Positions 36,514-49,600 of a stretch of 64,000 nucleotides of DNA are shown here, piece after piece. A program made the position numbers and the translations under genes. The notes below the pieces were generated by a model. The model saw nothing but the letters and a program-made list of their open reading frames with translations, did no database searches and had not been told where the DNA came from. Positions within the stretch are counted from its first letter, which is position 1, and each line of letters begins with the position of its first letter. Source of the stretch: Squalus acanthias (lineage: Eukaryota); NCBI GenBank assembly GCA_030390025.1, contig CM059440.1:26288001-26352000 (forward strand). Reading direction: 5' to 3'.

Positions 36514-39500
36514 TCATAGTCATAGAGTCATAGTTATACAGCACAGAAAGAGGCCCATCGTGTCCACGCCGACCACCAAGCCCTATCTATTCTGATCCCA
36601 TTTTCCAGCACTTGGTCCGTAGCCTTGTATGCTATGGCGTTTCAAGTGCTCATCTAAATGCTTCTTGAATGTTGAGGGTTCCTGCCTCTACCACCCTTTC
36701 AGGCAGTGAGTTCCAGATTCCAACCACCCTCTGGGTGAAAAAGTTTTTCCTCAAATCCCCTCTAAACCTCCTGCCCCTTACCTTGAAACTATGCCCCCTG
36801 GTTATTGATCCCTCTACTAAGGGGAAAAGTTCCTTTCTATCTACCCTATCTATGCCCCTCATAATTTTGTACACCTCAATCAGGTCCCCCCTCAGCCTTC
36901 TCTGCTCTAAGGAAAACAACCCCAGCCTGTCCAGTCTCTCTTCATAGCTGAAGCGCTGCAGCCCAGGTAACATCCTGGTGAATCTCCTCTGCACCCTCTC
37001 CAATGCAATCACATCCTTCCTATAGTGTGGCGACCAGAACTGCACACAGTATTCCAGCTGTGGCCTAACTAGCGTTTTGTACAGCTCCATCATAACCTCC
37101 TTGCTCTTATATTCTATGCCTCGGCTAATGAAGGCAAGTATCCCATATGCCTTTTTAACCACCTTATCTACCTGTCCTGCTGCCTTCAGGGATCTATGTA
37201 CATGCACACCAAGGTCCCTCTGATCCTCTGTCCTTCCTAGGGTCCTACTTCATTGTGTATTCCCTTGCCTTGTTAGTCCTCCCAAAATGCATCACCTCAC
37301 ACTTTTCAGGGTTAAATTCCATTTGCCACTGTTCTGCCCATCTGAACAACCCGTCTATATCGTCCTGTAGCCTGAGGCTTCCCTCCTCGCTATTTACCAC
37401 CCCACCAATTTTCGTGTCATCTGCGAACTGATCATACCTCCTACATTCATATCTAAATCATTAATGTACACTACAAACAGCAAGGGACCCAGCACCGATC
37501 CCTGCGGTACACCACTGGGCACAAGCTTCCAGTCACAAAAACAACCTTCGACCATCACCCTCTGCCGCCTGCCACTAAGCCAATTTTGGATCCAATGTGC
37601 CAAGTTGCCCTGGATCCCATGGGCTCTTACCACCTTGACCAGTCTCCCATGTGGGACTTTGTCAAAAGCCTTACTGAAGTCCATGTAGACCACATCAACT
37701 GCACTACCCTCATCCACACACCTAGTCACCCCCTCTCAAAATTCAATCAAATTGGTCAGACATGATCTCCCCCTGACAAAGCCATGCTGACTATCCTTGA
37801 TTAATCCTTGCCTCTCCAAGTGGAGACTAATTCTGTCCCTCAATTTTTTCCAATAATTTCCCTACCACTGATGTTAGGCTCACTGGCCTATAATTCCCTG
37901 GTTTATCCCTACTACCCTTCTTGAATAATGGTACTACGTTAGCTGTTCTCCAGTCCTCTGGCACCTCCCCTGTGGCCAGAGATGTTCTGAAAATTTGTGT
38001 CAGAGCCCCTGCAATCTCCTCCCTTGCCTCACACAGCAGCCTGGGATACATCTCGTCTGGGCCTGGGGATTTATCCACTTTTAAGCCCGCTAAAACCGCT
38101 AGTACCTCCTCCCGCTCAATACTAATTTGTTCAAGTATATCACAATCCCTGTCTGATTTCTATGCCTACATCGTCCTTCTCCATAGTGAACACAGATGCA
38201 AAATATTCATTTAAAACCCCACCTACATCTTCTGGCTCTACACACATTGCCACTTTGGTCCCTAATGGGCCCTACTCTTTCCCTGGTTATCCTCTTGCCC
38301 ATAATATACTTATAAAACACCTTGGGATTTTCCTTTATTTTGCCCGCCAGTGTTATTTCATGCCCCCTCTTCGCTCTCCTAATTTCTTTTTTAAGTACCC
38401 CCCTGCACTTTCTATACTCCTTAGGGCTGCCACTGTTTTTAGTCCTTTGTATCTGCCAAAAGCCTCCCTTTTTTTCCTAATCCGTTCTCGTATATCCCTT
38501 GACATCCAGGGTTCCCTGGGCTTGTTGGTCCCACCCTTGACCTTTACGGGAACATGTTGCCGTTGTACTCTCTCTCTTTCCTTTCTGAAAGACTCCCACT
38601 GCTCTGATGTGGATTTTCCAACAAGTAGCTGATCCCAGTCCACTTTGGCCAGATCCTGCTTCATCATATTAAAATCGGCCTTCCCCCAATTTAGAACCTT
38701 TATTTCCGGTCCATCTTTGTCCTTTTCCATGACTACCTTAAATCTCCACCGAATTATGGTCACTGTCACCAAAATGCTCTCCTACTAACACTTCTACCAC
38801 TTGCCCGGCTACATTCCCTAGAATTAGGTCCAGTACCGCCCCCTCTCTTGTAGGACTTTCTACATGCTGGCTCAAAAAGCTCTCCTGGATGCACGTTAAG
38901 AATTCCACACCCTCTAAGCCTTTCACACTCTGACTATCCCAGTTAATATTGGGGAAATTGAAATCCCCTACTATTATTACCCTATTATTTCTACACTTCT
39001 CTGAGATTTGCCTACATATCTGTTCCTCTATCTCCCCCTGACTGTTTGGAGACCTAGAGTACACTCCCAGCAAAGTGCTTGCCCCCTTTTTGTTTTTGGG
39101 TTCTACCCATATGGCCTCATTAGAGGAACCTGCTAAGATATCATCCCTCCTTACAGCAGTAATTGACTCCTTGATTAATATTGCGACACCCCCTCCTCTT
39201 TTACACCCCCCTCTGTCTCGCCTGAAGATTCTATACCCCGGAATATTGAGCTGCCAGTCCTGCCCCTCCCTCAACCATGTCTCTGTGACAGCAACAATAT
39301 CATACTCCCATGTGTTCATCAACACCTTCAACTGATCTGCCTTACTCGCAAGACTCCTTGCATTAAAATAAATGCCATCCAGCCTTGCCATACTCCCTTG
39401 TGCTGTTACATATTTGCTCTGCCTTCCAGGCTGACTTGTTTTTTCCTCTGTATTTGGCTGTGCATCACCCTCTACTGTAGCTCCACTCCGTATCCCATCC

Positions 39501-40371
39501 CCTTGCCAAGTTAGTTTAAACCCCCCCCCCCCCCCCAACAGTACTAGCAAACCTCCCCGCAAGGATGTTGGTCCCGTTCCGGTTCAGGTGCAACCCGTCC
39601 GACTTGTACAGGTCCCACCTTCCCCAGAAGCAGACCCAGTGATCCAGGAAACTAAAGCCCTCCCTCCTGCACCAACTCTTTAGCCACACATTCATCTGCT
39701 CTATCCTCCTATTTCTATACTCAGTGGCACCGGGAGTAATCCAGAGATTACAACCTTTGAGGTCCTGCTTTTTAATCTGCTACCTAGCTCCCTAAATTCT
39801 TGTTGCAGGACCTCATCCCTCTCTTCTACACATGTCGTTGGTACCAATGTGAACCACGACCTCTGACTGTTCGCCCTCCCCCTTCAGAATGCCCTGCAGC
39901 CGTTCAGTGACATCCTTGACCCTGGCACCAGGGAGGCAACATACCATCCTGGAGTCACGTCTGCGGCCACAGAAACGTCTATCTGTTCCCCTTACGATAG
40001 AATCCCCTATCACTATTGCTCTCCCACTCTTTTTCCTCCCCTCCTGTGCAGCTGAGCCACTCGTAGTGCCACAGACTTTGCTCTTGCTGCATTCCCCTGA
40101 GAAACCATCTCCCCCATCAGTATCCAAAACAGAAAATCTGTCGGAGAAGGAGATGGACCCAGGGGACTTCTGCACTACCTTCCTAGTTCTTTTACTCTGT
40201 CTGGTGGTCACCCATTCCCTGTCTGCCTGTGCACTCTTTACCTGCGGTGTGACCACCTTGTTAAACGTGCTATCCACGAAGATCTCCGCTTCGCGGATGC
40301 TCCACAGTGACTCCAGCCACAGCTCCAGCTCCGAAACGCGGATTTCGAGTAGCTGCAGCTGGAGACACTTC
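36514..40371 (-). mobile_element. Near full-length CR1 LINE: ORF1 (coiled coil + SGNH/GDSL esterase) and ORF2 (APE + RT), frameshifted
   Basis: ORF1 LLEIRVSELE...VIGDSIVRG...CLPGARVKDV...VHIGTND; APE YFNARSL, DIVAVTETW, GDFNFP, SDH; RT NYRPVSLT, DFSKAFD, GVPQGSVLGP; ctatga-type repeat tail. Confidence 0.95.
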
Positions 40372-40433
40372 GATATATTCAAATCCCCAGTGCATTTCTT
40401 CTCACTTTGCTGCTCTGCAAAATTCGTGAGCGG

Positions 40434-40594
40434 CAATGTTCACTGTGAGCTGCACTTCGTTCTGCGCGGCCTGTTTCTTTTAATGCGCGGTCCCTTTAAA
40501 TTTCTTCGCACGCACGGTATTTACAATGTAAAAGCTGGTGAGCGGCCTGCGTGGGACCTTTCAGATTACTGTGCGCACCTTAGCGGGAATATTG
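40434..40594. mobile_element. hAT-type MITE (161 bp)
   Basis: Imperfect TIRs caatgttcactgtgag / cttagcgggaatattg; exact 8-bp TSD gtgagcgg at 40426-40433 and 40595-40602. Confidence 0.85.
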
Positions 40595-40964
40595 GTGAGC
40601 GGTGACCAGCGCACTAGAAATAAATTGAAATTTACCCGCTCTGTCATTTTAATTCATTGGTGCATTGCAGTGTTGTCATTTGTATCAGTTATAACGGAAA
40701 CTCAAACGTACCCTGGATTTTGGCCAGATTTAATCTTAGCAGCACTAATGTGGCAAGCAAACCCAAATATTTTAAATTCCATTGCATACTTATATCATTC
40801 TCTCCTCCCAGTCCTCCGGAAGCCTCCAGTGTAGTGTGATATTTTCCCTTAGCTTACAGTGGGGAAATGATCCATGCTTGAATGCAAGTTCAGGGTGACT
40901 GTTTAAAAGAGAGACATTGCTGATACCTGCAGTTCTAAAACTGTGTTTTTTCCAGAGATTTAAT

Positions 40965-41520
40965 TAAAAAGGCCCAAGGGAGAGGTTAGGAAATTTATTT
41001 TGCACTGAGATATCACATGCCCGACCAGAAACAGAGGTGGAAGCAGAATCTGTGATAGCTATTAAAAGGAAAATGGATAGATTTTTGGGAGGAAAATGGG
41101 ACAAAGCGGATAGCTCTTTGAGAGCCAGCACAGGCAAGATGGGCCAAATGGCTTCCTCCTATGCTGTAAAATTCAGTGATTAAGAAATTGAAGAAGTTGA
41201 ACGAACAGATTGTTCACTGTGGTGAAATGTTGAAATACCAGGGGACACAAGTTTAAAAATTATGAAGTGAAGGATAAAAAGAGGGAGTCAGGTGGATTTT
41301 TTTCACACAAAGGCTAATAGTTGTGGAACAAGTTACCGGAAAAAGACATTGCAGCAGATAGTAGAAATGGATTCAGAAAACAACTGATGTGCTTCTGGAG
41401 AAAGAAGGGATTGCGGTATGTGAGAAGGCAGGTAGGTAAATGGAGCTGATTTACAAAAATAATCAGGTCTTTTAGGTGCACTGATGTTTTCCCAAAGCCT
41501 AAAGTTGTTACTTTTTGTAA
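40965..41520 (+). mobile_element. Two degraded CR1 3' fragments
   Basis: gatgggccaaatggcttcctcctatgctgta; accaggggacacaagtttaaa (TRGHKFK)...ttcacacaaagg...tggaacaagttaccg. Confidence 0.6.
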
Positions 41521-41814
41521 AGGCACTTGGTGCCCACTCCACCTTTTGTCCACCTATAGGCATTCAGGTGGGAGGGCACCCAATGAGGTTGTTTCCTCCA
41601 TGCCGCATATACTGATTGAATGTGTGTGCAGCCACTAAAAAGAGATGCTGTACTGTTTTCATGTGCTTTCTGGCCTGGAATGCAAAGCCACAGTTCCGTC
41701 GTGTTGCCTCTTCCAAGGGCCCTGACTACAATCTGATGCATCAAGTTTGATGGATCGTTTGAGCATAAGCCAGTGTATGGGGGTCACTGGATAGTGATCC
41801 GGAGTTAGAACCCT

Positions 41815-42165
41815 AGAGGAGAAGGTTCCCAAGTTAAATCCTCAGTCTTTGCTGAGTTGGTTAATCTGAGGTGGGGCAGTTGGCATGATACAATTGGTGC
41901 TCCTGGATTAGGAAGGAGTGGGGGGGGAAATCAGCTGAGGTTTCAACTTGGTCAGTGATTGCTATCCTGTCACCCTGGCTGGAAAGTGCACATGTGTGCA
42001 AGAACACGGTCAGGTAGCTGTGATACCCCCCTGTGGTAAGATAGCTGGCCAACACTCAGTGTCTTGGGCGTCACACACAGAATGGGCACTTGGGTGAGGG
42101 CTGCCAGTCTCCTGTGGAAATTAATCTCAGCGGGGTTGGCGCCTTTGGAAGAAGAGGGAAGAAAC
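41815..42165 (+). mobile_element. SINE family B
   Basis: gaaggttcccaagttaaatcc...gattgctatcc...ggaaagtgcacatgtgtg...gaatgggcacttggg. Confidence 0.6.
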
Positions 42166-42856
42166 AGGTGAGGAAGGCGTCTTCCTTTATTTATTTTAAA
42201 AAATGAATAAAATTTTGGTGCAAGTCATTTGCTCCGACAGTTTCTTTTAATGGGATGAGTCTAATCACAATGTAGAGTGCTCAAACATAGTGAGCTGCTT
42301 ATAATGGACTGGTTTAAGCACGGGACTGTTTGTCGATTGTAAGAACCTGCCTGACGTATCCATCCCAGTGACTTGAGCTTCAGGATCAGGTGCAACTTGG
42401 TGTGCAGCACGGTATAACTATAGCTGGCATGGACACCATGCCACTGCTGAGCCTGGTACTCAAGTTTGAGCTTTTATTGTTCAATTAGATTGGCCATGCC
42501 ACAGTTGCAGCTGCTTTGGGTAATCAAGTTGAAGACTCTTGTACAAAATTTCTAATAGCAAACCAGATTCATTGCTTATAATGAATGCTAATTGATTAAA
42601 GCAACATTAGTGTCTGCTGTAAGTAGATTTACTGTCAAATCTTGGGTTGAGATTGGAGTTTTTTTTTACCTGTTGTGAACAGTTGTTTGTCCTCAGCCCA
42701 ACTATATAAAACCCTCACATTTAGCCTCATATCCACTGTATAATTTATGGATTTTGCATAGCTTATATTATACAAACTGTACACTTCTCGCAGCCAATCT
42801 TCCTTTTCATTTCGTATTCAAATACTGTAACTTTGTGTTATGTTTCTGCTCAGCAG

Positions 42857-42987
42857 GGCACCATGCAGGAATGAACCAGCAGCACATGATGTCACCTTCC
42901 AGCTTCCCAATGCACAGACCGATGTCCCAACACCACAACCCCGCAGACGACATCCAGGATGATTTCGACTGGGATTCCATTGTCTAA
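42857..42987 (+). CDS. FOXJ3: FOXJ3 terminal coding exon (alternative acceptor at 42854)
   Basis: ctcagcag|; (G)[42 protein letters not shown]; this C-terminus is characteristic of FOXJ3 rather than FOXJ2. Confidence 0.96.
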
Positions 42988-45942
42988 CTTTTCTTCCTAA
43001 GGACAAGCCTGTCGGAAGCCCTTCCTGTCAATGTGACTCAGATGTTCTTTTAGCTTCTTGCTTACTTGTGTCGGCCGATGCTGGCCACAATCGCTGGACT
43101 GCTGCCTGGACACAGCCCCACCGTGACTGTGCTAGAGAGCTGTACTTTCGGGGGGGAAAAACACGCCTTCTGCTTGCAGTCACTACAGAAATGTGGAGTT
43201 ACCTGTCGGCCGCTCAGCGGTGGAGCAGCGGTAACAAGCAATGAAGCATTTTTTAATTCTGAACAGAAATTTTTTTTTGTTTTTTTTTAAAACCGAATGG
43301 ACGTGTTGAGGGTTGGTATCTGAGCAAGGCTCATCTGAGTGATGTGGCTCGGGTACGATCTGAGGTTGTGTAAGGATGGTACTATTCAGTGCAGAGTTTC
43401 TCTCCTGTGCCTGGTTTCATTTGGGGGAACGCTCCAGTAGGAGGAAACAAACACGGATAGGGAACAAGAAAGCTGGCTTCCAGATGGCCTCTCCCTGGAG
43501 TAGGCCAGGGATGCAGTCACGAGCTGGGAGGGGAATCTTTTACAAAATGAGTTTCTTTTGAGAGAATTTTGTCTATATATGGTGCTGCAAAAAAAAACCT
43601 CTCAATTTTGTGTTGAAAATCCAGTTGCTGTACGAGGAATAGTATTGGAGTCAATACTAGGGTATCTGGGGGAAAATGTTCTAACACTCCAAAGATTGCA
43701 TTGCTAGAGCTTGCGTTAACTTTGGATCCCCAGCCTTTGTGCACACAACACCAGCTTCCAAGTCTGAACTGTTGGGATTCTTCCCAGAAATCCCGCCTGG
43801 ACGCTTGTTAATAAAGCTACTACATCTCAAGAAGGTAGCACTAAATTCGGGGTTTGCAGGTACCATGTACCAAGTGTTGACGTGGTATTGGTTAGTCCCC
43901 CCCCGAGGTAAACGTAGTTTGGTAATGAGAAAGGAGTCTGTCTCTCTCTTTGAGTGGTAGTGGCTGTAATCAAGAGAAATCTCCTGAGATGAATGTTTAG
44001 CAAATTCTGGTGAGTTTGTGGTCTCCAAGTCGCACACGTACTAAAATGCAAAGGAATGAAGCACAGACTACAGAACGTGCGTGTGGTGAGATCTTATGAA
44101 ATGTTGACCATTACCTTTTGCTTTACCAAAAGTTATGTGATCATAGTAGGAGCTAATCTGGTTACTGCCTTTCTCTCTCCTCTGCTGGCCATGGTGGAAA
44201 AGGCCGCAGTGCAGCATATCCCTTTGAGGGGTGCTGCAGGGGAAGCATGTTAACCAATGTTGCATTTGTCAGCTTTGCATGTTTAGTGGTGGATAAATGA
44301 GAGTTTCATTATAGAAATCCCAGTCTGCTTTTAATACTTGTGTTGCAGCTTTTTCACTTTTGATTTTTTTTTTAATTTGCAAGGAGTGAGGTTTTTAAAT
44401 ATGCACTTTCTGGAGCAGTGCCTACTTGATTATTCTCCCCCCTTTTTTTAAAAACCCATCAATTCACTCCTTCAGTAGTGCTTTCAGATTGCTGTACTGA
44501 TATGTGGATGCACAACCTTTCTCGGTGTTTACAATTTAAATTGTGATTCAAGTCAAACCCATGCTTGTAATACAAACGGGGCTCTAAGGACCCATTACTG
44601 AGTTATTGGATGGGTGCTTCCTAGCAGAACACTTGCTTTTACTGGTGCATGGTTTCCTCTTGCCTTCCAGCTTCTCTTTCCTTCCTGTTGCCTCATTTGC
44701 ACTTGAAGGATTCAGTCCCCATCAAGTTAAGCCAGTGGTTCAGTGTGTTTTTATTCTGTTATATTTTGTGTGCATGCTGATCCAAGACTTAATGGTGTCA
44801 AAATGCACAGGGCACAGTACTGTTCCATACTTGGCGTCTGTCACTAGAGGCAGCTGGGATATTCTTATGGCTATCTAGTGGCAGAAATCATTAACTGCAA
44901 AATTTTAATTTACTAAATCTCCATGGATCTATCAGACTTGAGATGGAGACTTTCTGCAGTTCAGGAATACCTGCACAGTGAAGATCTGACCACTGACATT
45001 GCTCACTGTAGCACCGAAGGTAGGAATTTTTTGCCCTAACTCAAGGTATCGGACTGTACATTTCTTGATCTGTACCATGGAGCAGGGATTTAACTTGAGC
45101 CATTAACACTTCCTTCAATCTTCAGTTTTTCCTTTAGAAGAGTTATGACTACTTGGAAGTTACGCTGCAAGAAATCAATTCATAGCGTTTAACAGCGCAT
45201 TCCAAGTTTTAAATGATTATGAATTCTGAACAAAGACAAATTTTTGCAGCTGTAATCTAATAAAGAGGGTTACGATGAGAACTGCCACTGTCAGCTGAAT
45301 CGTCCCACACAGTAAAATAAACCATGCGATTACTCGTGCTGCTCAATCAAAGGGTGCTGATTTTTGATTTCTGTGCTTTCCTGCTATTTCTGCACTCCTG
45401 TCATGTTTTGTTTCCTAAGCTCTTCATTTAAAATTGTTTCAGTCTTCTGTCTCTCTCTTGTTTTTCTTGAAAAGCTCTGTGGCTCCTTGTTTGTTGCACA
45501 GGGCAATTCTGTAAACCTGTCTTTTGGCTCTTGCTTCAACTTCACCAGTATTCACCTGCTGCTTTTCATCACCATTCTTTTAATCCTGTTCCAGTGGCAA
45601 GGAAGGAAGGGCTTTCGCAGAGAGAAGCATTACTGTACAACTCGAAAGGGTTGGGCATGGGATTTTTATTTGTCTGTTTAACCTTCTCACTGGTGTTAAC
45701 CGATCAGCTGCTCTGGAGGTTTGCATTGTTCTGTGTGGCATTCGGTAAGTGAAGTACACACAACTTGCTTCAGTTCGGAAAAGGCTCCTACTCCACATCT
45801 GTGCCAGCTAACCAATAGTTTGCTGTCCATAGACTTCTGTCTTGTGCAGGTCAAGGTTTGTGTATCAGAACTATATAATCAGGCTTCAGCAGTTATCATG
45901 ATTGCTAAAAAGCTTAACCCCTCCCCATGTGACTACTGAATT

Positions 45943-46173
45943 AGCAGAAATAAAAAGGGAAACTAGCATGCTAGAAATGCACAGCAAATCAGTCGGTATC
46001 TGAAAGAGAAAAATAGGTTAATGTTCCAATTGCGATCCTTCACCAGGTCCCTGATGAAGGCTCCCACTCTAAAACTGATTTTGTTCTGATGAAAGGTCCC
46101 ACGTAACCCGTCTTTCTGTTTGACGGGCTGACCCTCCTCTATGCAGTTTAAGCATTTTCTGCATTTTATTTCA
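45943..46173. repeat. Palindrome of Penelope terminal segments with two CTGATGA cores
   Basis: Inverted arms gaaataaaa...atgctagaaatgca / agcattttctgcattttatttc; CTGATGA at 46051 and 46086. Confidence 0.55.
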
Positions 46174-46299
46174 CTTTTCTATTCGTACTTGATGAAGTAA
46201 ACCCAAGCAGTTTGATTATTAACCAGAGATGTAGAATGAATACATTTCCTTGAGCTCAGACAGCACCGTACACTGGATGTTATATCTTCAGTTGTGTGT

Positions 46300-46600
46300 C
46301 GGGCCTCTTCTGAGAGTGCAGTTCCACTGCCACAAGCAGCCCTCTGGTATCTTACCCAATTGGACGCCACCTCTGTGAATCAAGACAGAGAGTTGGCAGG
46401 CTATCTCACCATGAGGGCCATTACAGCTGAGCCTGATCATGTCCTCACTCAATGTCTCCATGCGCACCCACACTTTGCCACAGGGGTCACTGGATAGTGA
46501 TCAGGAGCAGAAACCCTGGATTTTTTTTTTCTTTCCAGCCCCTCCCTCCGAGTAGCACCCCAATTACCTGCCCCACGGAGATCAGCACAAACTGGCGGGG
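46300..46600 (-). mobile_element. SINE family B in the putative 3' UTR
   Basis: aggggtcactggatagtgatcaggagcagaaaccctgga is the reverse complement of the family core. Confidence 0.6.
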
Positions 46601-49600
46601 ATGGGGGGGGGGGATGTAGTATTGAAACTGAGCCATTTATCAAGTACAACAACTGCAACACAGTATCCAAAAAAAAATAGCATTTAAGCCCCAAATGGAA
46701 TTGTGCCAGCACTTTAGCTCCTGGGGAAGGTTACTGAGATTCCAGTGAAGGGTTAAAACAGACTAAAAGATGATATCGCCAGAGTGACTGAACTGTATAA
46801 AACCTGCTGTGATCTAGCAAGATAATGCTGAAATGGAGGGGTCAGCTGGTGCACTTTTTGTATTTAAAGTTAATGAAGTTTCTGGGGGAAAAGATTGATG
46901 TAAACGTTTGCATTGCAAAGGTCAATAGAAGTCTCCCCTTTTTTGCTAATATATAAGCTAAATTTGTGGTATTAAAAATATATTGCACAAAACCTGCATT
47001 CATCCCTTCCTTTATGCTGCTTGGTCTCGTTCCCTGTATTGTCAAGTTCCGGCTACTGTTTTCATTATTTTAGTGTAAAGCTAATACTTTACAACGCAGG
47101 GTGTTCAAGGTTAGTGGAGAAGTTATCATTGTACCTTCAACAGATAGCTTGTACAGGGCCGAAGCTTGAACCCTAACTTCGAGGAAACGGGCATTTTCTT
47201 TACATGCTTACTCTCAAACAAAATCCTCTGCCAAAGATTCCAATCCATGTCCTGGTTTGTGGATAAGCCTAGGGTGGAACATTGCTGTGTAACTTTCCAC
47301 AGAATTTAGTAACTGCTGCTGCGTTGGATAAGCCAACATGTTGATAGAACGTCCTATATCCCAGTGCGATCTATCTACCCAAAATACACTGCAGGAAAAA
47401 AAAAAGCAATGGCAGCACTTGGTGAAGGGTTGTATATTGCAGCCCCAGCCTTCTGTACAATAATGCAACGAATGATTCAGCCCTCATAGAGGGTTGTGTT
47501 TGTGAGTATACCATTGAATAGCAGAGGCGCTGTGGTTAATTGCCAAGAACTTTAACCCTTATGCTACATATTTGACCATTTTGTATGTAATGTAAATCAG
47601 AAAATTTGGACTTTTTTTTGCATATTTTGCATCTGATCTTTGTGAAAGTTAAACGGTTGAGTGTTTTTGCATGACAGTAGCAGAGGTGTGTGGGCAGGCA
47701 CATGGTTAAATCCGTGTAAAACTTCTGTTTAGCTTCTTGTGAAGTTTTAGCCCAAATGCCCAATTTACAGTGTGCAGACACTCGATGAAGAGTTCTCCTT
47801 TCTTTTCTTAAAGCTATATACTTACATTTTTTGAACCAGATACCGAATGCATATGTCTGTGATTTGAAGGGGTTTTAGTTATAAAATGATGTTGGCTAGA
47901 GTCTTGTTGCCTGCTCCTGTAAGTTGAGGTTCTGGATTGTGGCGGGTTGTTTTCAGGTCTTGGCTAGCACTGGGTGCGGTGACTATAACTGGCTGTGCAG
48001 GCCTGAGCACGATATTTTCTCAGCTGCTGTTTCTCCCATGGCTGAGGCCAAGATCAATGAAATCTCCAGCACAAGTTGGTGTCTGCTTAACCCCAGACTT
48101 GGAATAAAAGTTGCATTTGTTGATAGGCTGGTAAAGATGCGTCACTTTCAGAGATAGACCTGTGCTATTTTAAGGATATCTATCTGAAGCTAGGGTGAAT
48201 TAATGACTAGTTTCTATGGCAGATTTTTTTTTAACATTAATTGGTTGGTAACTACCATTCTGCTGCCTCTTCATTCTGTCATTTTGTTACTTCACAATGG
48301 TTCTGCTTTTTACAAATCTAAACCTTTGGCTCTGAAACTCATTCTCACTCTCTCTCTCCTCACTCATGCAGCACTGCAACAACATATGTCTCTTACCTCT
48401 CAATTCCTACCTGCAGCTGTCTATCTCCGCACTGCCTTCCACACTTGCTCGGCTGCTCCCTCCCCCCTGCCCTGGTGAAGCCCCTTTGTAAACTAATGGG
48501 GTTTGTAGTTTCAGAGAAACTAGCTTTCTGTTTTATGAAAGAAATTGTAGTTTTCTTTAGTAATATTCCGAATGTCGGATCCACAGTAAGAACAACGTGG
48601 AGCATATGTAAACCGTCCCAGCTCTGTGAAAGTCTGCACTTGCCATGTGTAAATGTACACTCCGAGTTCCCGATTTCTGCACATTGGAACAGGTTTTTTT
48701 TAAAGGAAGACTCCGCATATTACCTGGTTCTTTTTGCAGAGTCTGCCAGTGGTCTGGGCAATTTGTTATTTCAAGTAATCCCATTTGGTTTTTGGTCGAG
48801 CTGACAGAATCGGTATGACAGAGGCCTCAACAGCCCATCCCTCTGGGAGCAGTCGACTTGTGTTGAATGGCTTAGATTTTCCCTTCTCCCCGACTCCAGT
48901 TATCTTCACATCTGTATTCTCACGGGCCTGCGGAGCAGAGCAGGCTGGAATTTCGAACCACTGGGTGTGCTTAGCCAGCTTTGTTTCTTTTGGGAGGCAG
49001 GAGAGAACATCGAGACATTGGGTAGTGCCTGAATTCTAATTGTAAGAGTCATGACATTGACTGGATCCATTGTTTACAAATGTCGGCACACTTTAAAACC
49101 CCAGTTACTTTGTGTCATTTTAAAATGAAATTGCATTAAAATGACCAATATGTTGTGAATGTTTTTTTAAAAATATATATATATTTTTTGAAATTTAGCT
49201 TCTATGAGGAGGCCTCCAGCTTAACCTGAGTGCTGCTGGATTGTTTAATACTTCCGCTATTTTTAAAAAATGAAAGATGTAGAAATTTCCAAGATCTGGC
49301 AGTTCAAAAGTCTGTGCAAGAAAGAATTGGATCAGTCACGATATCAGTGTGCTCGGGTCAGGGCATGTGGAAGCCACAAAGTAAAGGGCTAAACCCCCTC
49401 CACATACAACATACAGATCCCTTTGGAAAGTAATCAAAAGTTTTTTGCAGTCTGCACTGTTAGGAACTTTTTTTTTATGTAGGTAGTGTTGAGTTCTTGC
49501 TGTTTAAAAGAAAAATAGAAAGAAATTGCAAATAGTTTCTCACGAAAATATCGATACAGAATCATCTAAATAGCAGAAGGTGGCAGCACATATTTAAGAA

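Noticed and set aside
42754-42987. Assignment to FOXJ2
   Set aside because: The C-terminus [11 protein letters not shown] and the internal exon peptides match FOXJ3
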